In this document: positions 53,961 through 64,000 of the stretch, in pieces | Layout of the letters: every line of letters starts with the position of its first letter | Numbering within the stretch: position 1 is the stretch's first letter | Assembly (NCBI GenBank): GCA_028534125.1 | Contig: CM052816.1 | Span: 84,322,001-84,386,000, forward strand | DNA length: 64,000 bases | Direction: 5' to 3' | DNA from: Lama glama | Lineage: Eukaryota | Position numbers and translations under genes: made by a program | Notes under the pieces: model-generated | Database searches by the model: none | What the model saw: the letters and a program-made list of their open reading frames with translations, nothing else | What the model was told of the DNA's origin: nothing

Positions 53961-55189
53961 ATTAATATTCTTAAAATAAAAACTCAATAACTGTGTTTAA
54001 ATTAGTTTGTCTTGGTGTTGTGGGATGGTGTTATTGACTCTAATTTTACAACTGGAAAATATATAATTTATAATTTTCCATTTTTATATCTGCTAATTAT
54101 TTGTGCATGAGTTAAGTATAGTTCTTTCTCCTCAAGTAAAAATAAAATTTGAAAGGCCTCAAATTTTATCTTTTCCTTAACTTGACTACATTTATACAAA
54201 ATTTGTTTGGAGAATGTAGTGCAGCCTGTCTTACCCAGGAGCATCAGTGATGTGTAGGGAAAATTCTGAATGATGACTATCTTTAATTTATTGTCCTTCT
54301 CTCAAGGAAAAAAATATTGGAAGATTAAAGACTTGGAAGGGTAATTTAATTAGATTTAGATTTTTTTTTAGCACAATGAGAACATTTTAAAATTTCTAAA
54401 TCTAAAAATTCACATATTTTTATCTTTATAGGAAAGATACATTTCCCTACATGCTCCATCAAGGCATAGTGAGAGTCTGTTCCTAACTACTGCCCATTCT
54501 ATTCTCTTCAGAAAAGGGCATTTCCCTGGCCTCGTTCTGATTAAAGACTGGCTCATGAGACCGACTTCAGGGTTGCCTGACATTCTCTCCAGGGTGAAAG
54601 GCTTTGTGAATTGATTGTTCAGTGGTTGAAACTCTCATGTTAAGAATACTCTTTATCTAGCTAGTTCATCAGTAAGTTCCAATCCAACACAGGTGATCTG
54701 AGCCAGAAGTCCTGCAAAGTCTCCACTTCATATACCCAAGTTGACATTCTATCCCTAGATCAGAGGGTTCGGCTTGCTTTGTGTAGAAGGAGATCTGCGG
54801 GTGAGTGGGAGGAACCTCCAGATATGTTCAAACCAAATCCAGTGGTTGTAATGTTTTATATTAGAAGCTCAACCTAATGACAAAGATCTGTCTATTGATC
54901 TTTGGTTTTGTTTTTTGATTTTCATAAGTTAGGACCTCCATGTCTTAGCTCCTCAATTGGGCTGTAATTTTACTTTCTGTTGTGTGTTAGAAATTTTGTG
55001 TCTCCATTTTCATAGTTAGTTCTCTCACTGTAGCAACATTTTCAGGAAAAACACAAATACATGCTACAAGAACTGAGTAGTTGACTTAACTCTGAAAACT
55101 TTGAGAAAATTGATCTTTTCACTTTATGAGCCTGGAGCTTTCTCACTAGACTTGTTTTAATTTCCTGGCAAGCTGGAACTGATTGGTTT

Positions 55190-55347
55190 AACATGGTGAA
55201 TCTCAGCTTATTAAAATCACCTTGCTTGCTTTTTTAAAAATACCCAATCCCCTGCATCCAACCTCAGGGTGATTAAATCAGAATCTCCAGAAGCAGGGAC
55301 CAGACATTCTAATGTGATTCTAATATGAGACCCAGCTTGAGAACTAC
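55190..55347. mobile_element. MER5-like DNA transposon
   Basis: attaaaatcacct, taaaaataccca, attaaatcagaatctc, gtgattctaat...cagcttgagaactac. Confidence 0.7.
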
Positions 55348-58300
55348 AAACCAAAGCAGTTGCTGTCTCAGAAGTAGGATCTCTTCCTGAGAACTCTTTT
55401 GTTCTTATTTTGAAAACTTATTGCAGGGCAGAACTGATCATGTTTAGGGACTTCAATCCTGATATTGGTGAAAATACTGGATACCTTTCTTACAGATAAT
55501 CAGTTTAGACACAGATATATCAAATAGCATTTTTTAAATAATAATGATTCTTAGGGAAATCATAAATACAGAACATTTTTAATGGCACCTCTGGTATTAA
55601 ATATTACCTCAGAGTTATTCTCTCTCTAAATATATATATTCTCTCTGCAAGCTGTAGAGGACTACTCTAAGCCAGGTAAAAAGTGATTCCTTATTTCACT
55701 TTTATAAGAGATTTCTATTAGGAATAATATGAGCTTGGGGACTTTATTGCCTTGTCTTTGGTTTTGTGCTAAGAGTGGCGCAACGAGCTAAAGAGCTAGA
55801 GTTGAGCAGAGAACTCTGGATACTGATGTTTATAAAAGACTTTAATATTCATGGGAGAATCAGAGTTGATGGAAATCATGATCAGAGAAGTCTCCTCTGG
55901 TGGATCCCACCTCTTCTCTTACTTCTGTAAATCAGAATCAACTGAAGGGCAGTAAATCATAATTTACGGAGTCAAGGTCATGGGGTAGAGTGTTGCTTCT
56001 GTTGCTGTTATTACTGCTACATTCCCGCATTTAACTGGCTTATGTTAAGGGATACAATGAAACCATTTAACTGGTGTCATTAAGTAGGTACTCTCAGCAA
56101 CGGCAGAAAAGAATCTGTGGACTGCATTATTCCAACTCACTAAGAACTGATTTTACTGATTTTAACTGGAAGTTAGCTCCTACGTAATAAATTTGATTTT
56201 ATTGCCATCATGAATTATTTAACTGACTTTGCGTTATTCGCCTTCTTTGCGTTAACTTTGAGATGGGTTTGAGATCATTTTTACCCTCTATTAGTAATAA
56301 GTTTGGCAAATAATTTTGACCGAAGCACGTACTTTGTGCTCTGCTGGCACTATCCTTCTCATTCATGTTTTCTCTGCATATCATTTTTTTCCAAAGCATT
56401 TTTCAACATCTCCTTTTGTACTGAATGTATTTAAATCACTTTAAATCCTTTCTGAAACAAAGTGAGACATCTATATATTTAAAAAAAAAACACGAATACA
56501 AAATATAAATTAAAAATCTTGAAGAGAAACATGTTGGCATTTCCAACTCAAAATGATAAATACTTGACAAAAATGTAGGGAATTGATGCCCCAATCTTTT
56601 TTATTTTTTTCTTCCCTCTCTAGGAATTATTCTGTCAGTAAGCACTGGTAAGGATTTTGCCTGGGTTCTAATTCTATGTGGGATATTGACCCCTGCAGAC
56701 CCACTGCTTTTATCAATTGGTCTCCAGTTGCAAACATATCCATATATGTTGTATATGTATATTTTAATAATTAATTAGATATGAAATTGAATTTGACCTG
56801 TGAAAAATAAAAAGCCTCCATCCTTGGAAAAGTTATCTATTTTCAAGGTTGTATTCAGGAAGGTGATAGGGGTCCAAGAGTCAGGGAATCAAGTGCAAAT
56901 GGCAAAAGAGCTGAAAATAATGGAAAGAGCAACAGAAGGAAAAATGATTTTCGCTCAGCACAACAATTTAAATAAATTGAATACACTATCAGCAAGGCAG
57001 TGTGCTATTTTCAGGAGTTAGAAATTGTCAGAACAGCCCTTTCTAGATTTGCTTCAAGCTGCTGGCAGTCTCATTCCATTCCCCCATTAGGCTGAGGATA
57101 AAAAGCAAGCCAGGTGGCTTATGTATGCATTCAAAACCAAAATTGTTTTATCCAAATGTGAGAATGGACAGGAAGCAAAAATAGTTCCGTGATCTACAAA
57201 TGAGAATAGGACTTTTTTCCGAAAGATTTCTCACGTTGAAAAAAATCTTGAACTACAGAAGAATTTTTGCTGGCAAACAACCAAACTTGCTCATTTTGGC
57301 AGGAAACGGACCTACTTGCCTGCATTGCCTTTTCACGTTTTTGAAAGCTGAAGCATATAGAGTATTTTAAAAAGTATAAAGAAGTAACAGTTGAAAGATT
57401 TGCTAACTTATTTTTATTTTGTCCTCATGTCGATTGGAGTCCAAAGGACAATTTCTTCAAAATTAAATATATTTCCGGCTACCAATGACCAAAACCATAA
57501 AAAGAGGGTGAAATGTGGAATTACTCAATGTGACATGCACATTGTCAATGAGGTTAAATTCCGAAAATCATTCCTTTCCTTCACAATTTTACCGAGGAAG
57601 AAAATGCAAACTACCTGGATTTTAGAAGACATCTTAATTAACGCATCTCATTTAAAAGTTCATGTTTGTGGCAACAGTAGCCAAATTGACTTGTGACTTT
57701 CTTACTTTCTTAACATTTATATATTGCTTGCTGTAAAAAGGCAAAGCAAAAATGTAGTTCTGATTCCGAACTCATCAAACTCATAAAATGAGCAGCTCCT
57801 CCAGATGCACAATTGGCCGCTGTCCCACTGCCTCCTCCATCCTGCGTGCCACAGTTAACGCTTTCCAGACAGAAATGATCATGGCTTGCCCTGCAGGATA
57901 TGTGAGGACATAATCATGTGTGGACCTCTATAAGGAGGAAAAAAAAGTCCACACCCAGGCAGAGAAAGGTCGGGGAGAGACCAGAGGATTCACAGAAGGG
58001 AAATCATTTGTTCTGCTCCCAGTTTAACCTTGCAAATACAATAACTCATGTTTGGCATGACAGCTCATACTTTCAGCATCATCTCTGAAGGCAAGGGGAA
58101 AATACCACTGCGTCTATTTCACAATATTAAAATACTTATTTCACAGCTGTGGAAATGGATTTAAACACTGAATAGTTCTTTAAAAAGAACAAAATTAAGC
58201 ACTAGGGTCGGATGCATTAGCACTTTTGGTTGTTCACACACAGTACTGGGTGTGAATCTGGTTTCAGGACTGCATTGTGCAAGCCACACAGAAATTTTTC

Positions 58301-59172
58301 TTCTGTCACTCTCTGCCTTTCATCTGCCTGCCTGTCTACCCTTGGTCAAAATAAATGCAACACTAAATTCCTAACATTGAACTGTTGAGAATTTCTGTCT
58401 CCGAGTTTGTCATCATATACCATATCACCTAAAGGTTTCTCCATCTTACATTACTCCATGTCATTGAGGGGAAACTCTATATGCTTCTCTGTTCTTTCAA
58501 TGTCACAAAAACGACTTGAACTTTCTGATGATGCTGGAAAATGCTGAGTATATCACACAGCACCCCTGGGTTTGCTGTTTTAACAATCTCCTTAGGTTTT
58601 ACCACCTTTCTAGGGCATGACCAGGAATCAAGAATTCTGTCATCACAGCTGGTGGGAATCACAGGTCCTAGTCTTTTTAAAAATATTGGGGATTTCTCTC
58701 CTTGTAGTAGTTTCTCCTAAACCCTCTGCTACTCTCTAGAACAGCTTAAGTTACCTCTTCACTGAAATGGACATTCATGAAAACAAACCGTTCATTTGAC
58801 ATAAGCTTCTCCAAACTCTAGGACACAAAAAGTTACAAATCCCACCTATGTGCTTAAAATGAGGAAGAGAAAGCCACTGGGAGGTCAAAAATAATTTAAT
58901 ATTTTAAATGAGCCTGCCACAAATGTGTTGTGTTTTGGACACAGGCTTTCACCCCAGAGACAAAATTTGCCAAACATCATGCTTGAAACTGTCACAGAAT
59001 TGTTCAGGTCTAAGAGAACCTGAATGTGCATAGATTTTACCCAGTTTACTTCACCATATTGGAATTATTATTTTAAAGATTTCATGAAGAAACTTCACAA
59101 AATTATCAAACAATATAAGTAACAGAGCATGGTCTCTAATTCATAACCATTGCATTTTTGACTTTTATTCTC

Positions 59173-61189
59173 TTTTTTAAAATTTTTATTGAATTACAGT
59201 TGACTTACAATATTAGTTACAGATGTACAATACAGTGATTTGACATTTATAGACACTACAAACTGATCACTACTATGGATCTAGTTACTGTTTGTCACCA
59301 AAGATATCACAAAATTATTGACTACATCTTCTATACTGTAAATTACATTCCCATGACTTACTTATTTTATAACTGAAGGTTGATACCTCTTAACACCCTT
59401 CAACTATTTTGCCCAACTCCCAGATTCCTCTGCTCTACTGGCCACTAGTTTGTTCCCTGTTTCTGAGTCTATTTCTGTTTTTTGTTTGAGAACATATAAG
59501 TAAAATTATACAACATTTGTCTTTCTCTGTCTGAATTATTTCACTTAGAATAATACCCTCTAGGTCCATCCCTGTTGTTCTGAATGGCAAGATTTCATTC
59601 TTTTTTGTGGCTGAGTAATATTCCATTGTCTATATATACTACTCCTTCTTTATCCATTCATCTATTGATGAGCACTTAAATTACATCTATATCTTGGCTA
59701 TTGTAAATAATTTTGCAATGAACATGGGGATGTGTATATCTTTCAAATTAGTGTTTTTGTTTTCTTTGGGTAAATACCCAGAAAAGGAATTGCTGGATCA
59801 TAATGCTGCTCTATTTTTAATTATTAAGGAACCTCCATATTGTTTCCCATAGTGGCTGAACTAACTTCCATTTCCATCCACAGTGCATGAGGGCTCTTTT
59901 CTCCACGTCCTTGTCAATACTTCTTTCTTATCTTTTTGGTAATACTCAATCTAACAGATATGAGATGATAGCTCATTATAGTTTTGATTTTCATTTCTCT
60001 GATGATTAATGATGTTGTTCACCTTTTCATGTACTTGTTAGCCATCTGTATGACTTTTTTTGTAAAAACTGTATCTATTCAGGTCTTCTGCCCATTTTTG
60101 ATTGGGTTGCTTGGTTTTTTGATATTTAGTTGTATGAGCTATTTTATATTTTTTGGGTTAACCCCTTATCAGTCATATCATTCACAAATATTTTCTCCCA
60201 TTCAGTAGGTTGTCTTTTTGTTTTGTCAATGGTTTCTTTTGCTGTGCAAAAGCTTTTAAATTTAATTAGGTCCCATTTGTTTATTTTTGCTTTAGTTTCC
60301 TTTGCATTATGAGACAGAGCCAAAAAACAGTGCTAGGATTTATGTCAAAGAGTGTTCTGTTTATGTTTTCTTCTACAAGCTTTATAGTTCCAGGTCTTAC
60401 ATTTAAGTCTTTAATTCATTTTCAGTTTATTTTTGCATATGGTATAAGAAAACTGTCTAGTTTCATTCTTTTACATGTAGCTGCCCAGTTTTTGCAACAC
60501 CATTCATTGAAGAGACTCTCTTTCCTCAATTGTATATTCTTGTCTTCTTTGTCATAGATTAATTGACCTTTTATGTGAGAGTTTATTTCTGAGCTCTCTG
60601 CCCTGTTCTATTGATCTATGTGGGTTTTTTTTTTTGGTGTCAGTATCATACCGTTTTGATTACTAGAGCTTTGCAGTATAATTTGAAATCAGGGAGCATG
60701 ATACTACCAGCTTTTTTCTTTCTCAGAATTGCTTTGGTTATTCAGGATCTTCTGTGTTTCCATGCAAATTTAAGGCCTTTTATTCTAGTTCTGTGAAAAA
60801 TGTAATGGGTATTTTGATAGGGGTTGAATATTAAATCTGAAGCTTGCTTTGGGTGGTATGGACATTTTAACAATATTAATTCTTCTGATTCATGAGCATT
60901 ATAAATCTTTACATTTAGTTCTGTTGTCTTCAATTTCTTTCAACAATATCTTACACTTTCAGAGTACAAATTTTTCACATCCTTGGTTAAATTTACTCGT
61001 AGGCTTTTTTATGCAATTGTAAATGAAATTTTTTCCTTAATTTCAGTTTCTGATAGTTTATTATTAGTGTATAGAAATGTAGTAGATTTCTGTGTATTAA
61101 TTTTGCATCCCACAACTTTCCTGATTTCATTAGTTCTAGTAGTTTTTTGGTTGGGTCATTAGGGTTTTCTCTATACAATATCACATCAT
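59173..61189 (-). mobile_element. 5'-truncated L1 (L1MA9-like / laurasiatherian), ORF2 3' half plus 3' UTR and poly(A) signal; ORF disrupted
   Basis: T-rich end with tttattgaa; minus-strand peptides MILYRENPNDPTKKLLEL (cf. the FADDMILY RT motif) and MEYYSATKKNEILPF.TT.MDLEGIILSEI. Confidence 0.95.
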
Positions 61190-63254
61190 TTCATTGTTTT
61201 TTATTTTACACTTTATTGCTTTAAATAGAAACACATACTTACACACACACATACAAGATCGTGATGCACAGCTATCACTATTTTATGCCCCATGATTAAC
61301 AACACTACTTCAGTAGCAAATGGAAACCCATTTGAAGTATTTTCCATGCTGATTCCAGGGATCAAAACACTCCTGGCTAGTTCTTGGCAACATGTGTATA
61401 TGTTGGAAATTTCTCAAATAAAGAGGAATCATTTAAGGTCCCAGAGAATATAGGTTCTTTTCTAAACTTGGTTGTCATTTTGTTTGCATCACAAAATAAA
61501 ATTGTGACTGATTGTGCATGAAAAGTATAATGTGAAAGATATTTGTCCAAACAAATATATAAGTTTATAGGTAAACTCTCATCTAATGGTCAATGTATAT
61601 TTAAATATTCATAATTCCCAGTTTATTATAATGAATATGCAGATATAAGAGGCCATAAAATAGATTAATCAAAATCAGCATAATTTTTACAGGTAATTTT
61701 GATTGCTCTCTTGGTTCTTTCTTTGTGTTTGGAGAGTTTAAATTAATTAAACAGTGAGGCCATTAGATAGAGAGGTCTCTAATGCCATCATGGCACACGT
61801 AAGCAAACCAAATCACTGATCAAACAGCTTCTTAACAATTTTAATATTCTTTGGTTTGTATTTTAACATTTTCAGAAAAAAAAACAAATTAATATATTTT
61901 GTGAAGAATTATTTTTCCTCTTTGACAAATTCAGCCCTTTCTATTTTATGTTGGTTTTGAAAACTATGATTTTTCATGTGCTGGCAAATGTTAAATGCAT
62001 TAGTGTAAAATATCAAGAAAATGAAAATCATATTTCACTAAATGTTACAGTAAAAAGCATCCTCTGATAATATTATTAATTGAAAAGCATTATTTATGGA
62101 AAATGTTCCAGAATATCTTGATTATAATTTAAATCAATTGTTTAGCTTAGCTTGATGGGAAGGTGAAAATGCAGCTGTCTGACTGTCTGCAAGCAGATCT
62201 ATAAGGAGATAAATCCTCAGTAGCATGTTTATTTCTGGCAGCATTTCTTTTGTCAATGATTTAAAAAAAATAGCTACAACTAAAAATGAAAATAGAATTA
62301 ATAATCTGATAATTTTAGTGCAGATTTTTTTTTTAATTAACAGTTGACAAAATCTTGTCAGTTTATACTAATGTCATCAGGGGGAAAAGTCATGAGTCTC
62401 ACTGGAATTAATTCTTCCCAATTACCATGTATAGTCCTTTACAGTAGAGTAGAGATGGACTGTTATTTATCATGGTTCAGTTTTGCAATAAGAATGTTCC
62501 TATAAAGTGATTTTTAATTTTCTGAGGGTATTTAATTTACTGCCCTTGGATTTAGTATATGAACTGCCAGATCAGCTTCTAACCCTTCTAGCAAAGAAGG
62601 GATTTACTACTTTGAAAGTTTTGCTATATCAACTATAGAGCCAATAAAAGACTGTTGTGTGTGCTCTAGGCTTTTATTTCATTAACTGCTGCTTTCTGAA
62701 GTCTACAGCACTGTCGGATCTAGAAATAAAAGAGCATCAGGGTATCCAAGTAAAAGTATAACTCACAGATTCATAAGGAATGAAGGAAATGTAGACTTTA
62801 TTTTCTTTTTTTCTCAATGATCAACCAAAATCAACCCCATTCTACCAACAACTATGACAAAATCCTCAAAAAACCTTATTAAAAACATCTGTTAAGGAGA
62901 TGGAAAACACAGTAACCTAGGTGTCCCTTGCCCTGAGAAAAGTAGAGAGGCAGTATCTCTTCCCTTCCTATCAAAGCATTCCTTCTATTAATCATACTCA
63001 CATTTGAATATGACTCACTTGAGTCTAAGACCTCTTAATCCAGTTCACTGAATGTCATTGAACAGTAATTTCAAAGGATAGCTAGGGAGATGTCACTGCT
63101 TCAGTCTCTCACTGATCACCCCATCCTCCCATTCTACAGGTCAGATGCTTCCTTTCACCCACTTCACTGACACTGTCACTCATCAGGAGCTACCCAACGA
63201 CGTCAATCAGTCAATCAGCCAACTGACCTCATTGTACTCTGTCGTCCCCATTTC

Positions 63255-63770
63255 AGTCCACTCTCCATGCCATTAACTTTTAAAGTAGAAATCTTATCAT
63301 AGAATTCTTCTTTTTGAAGATGGTCAAGTCATTTTGAAAAGGGTCAGTTGCTCATTGCCTAAAGGAAACTTCCAAATAACTTCCTCAGCAACCTCTAGAA
63401 TCTACACCTCACAGAGCGATGGGTCTGTTTCTTTCTATTTCCCCCTTTCCAAAGTGGTTGTAACCAGAGTTAGTTGCTTTTCCTTCACACTACGCACAGA
63501 ATTATATGTCCTTCCAATGTCTAATTTCTGTGTTTTAAATAGTCTCTACTCCTATTTATTCTTTAAGATCCAGATTATATGTCACCTGCTGCATGAAGGT
63601 TTTTATTAAAGCACTCTTCATAGATTAACTGATCTGAAATATGACACTCAGGCCTTTTTTTAAGCTACTGTTAGAGCCCTTACAATAAAATAATGATCCA
63701 TTTTTTACTCTGCATGACTTGCTTATGTGTTTAGGACACAGCATAGTAGGAACTAATAGAGGCTTGAATA
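63255..63770 (+). mobile_element. L2 LINE relic
   Basis: ctcattgcctaaagga.aactt.ccaaa, actcctatttattctttaagatccag...tgtcacct, cacagcatagtagg match the L2 3' region. Confidence 0.55.
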
Positions 63771-64000
63771 ATTTAGGAGTAACTTTCACCTTATTTTATG
63801 ATCTCTTCTTCTGTAAGTCATCTTTCTTTTGAAGTAATGACTACTCTACATTGCTTCCAGTTTTTAAGACCTTCTCAAAGACCTCAAGGGATATTCACAT
63901 CCTTTCAAACTTAAACTTTCAGACTTAGAATTAATACAGTACATTTTCTCACTGAGCTGTATTTGAGAACTATGTAAACATTTATGTAATAGTGAGGATG

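Noticed and set aside
59435..61184. Multiple ORFs in the L1 region as host genes
   Set aside because: Fragments of decayed L1 ORF2 or its antisense strand; interrupted by stops and frameshifts.

Overview
AT-rich, CpG-poor mammalian non-coding DNA (gene desert or very long intron), probably camelid: a young L1 3' end at 42956-43203 matches my recollection of the camel/alpaca L1 terminus, and I see no ruminant Bov-tA/BovB, pig PRE-1, Alu or B1 SINEs. I find no supportable protein-coding gene, RNA gene or CRISPR array. The listed ORFs are chance ORFs, gap artefacts, or decayed L1 ORF2 and its antisense. The window is a mosaic of L1 fragments of several ages, L2/MIR relics, solo LTRs (MER31, MLT1, MLT2), hAT DNA transposons (MER5, MER58A, a Zaphod-like transposase relic), microsatellites and a 500-N assembly gap. 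Repeat family names come from recalled consensus sequences, not a search, and boundaries of old repeats are approximate. I did not find a credible new biological system. The best leads are modest: a strong polypyrimidine-CAG|GTAAGT site (candidate recursive splice site or 27-nt microexon) at 52664, a 15-nt twin-priming inversion in the young L1, L1 fragments lacking poly(A) tails, and several enhancer-like unique segments.
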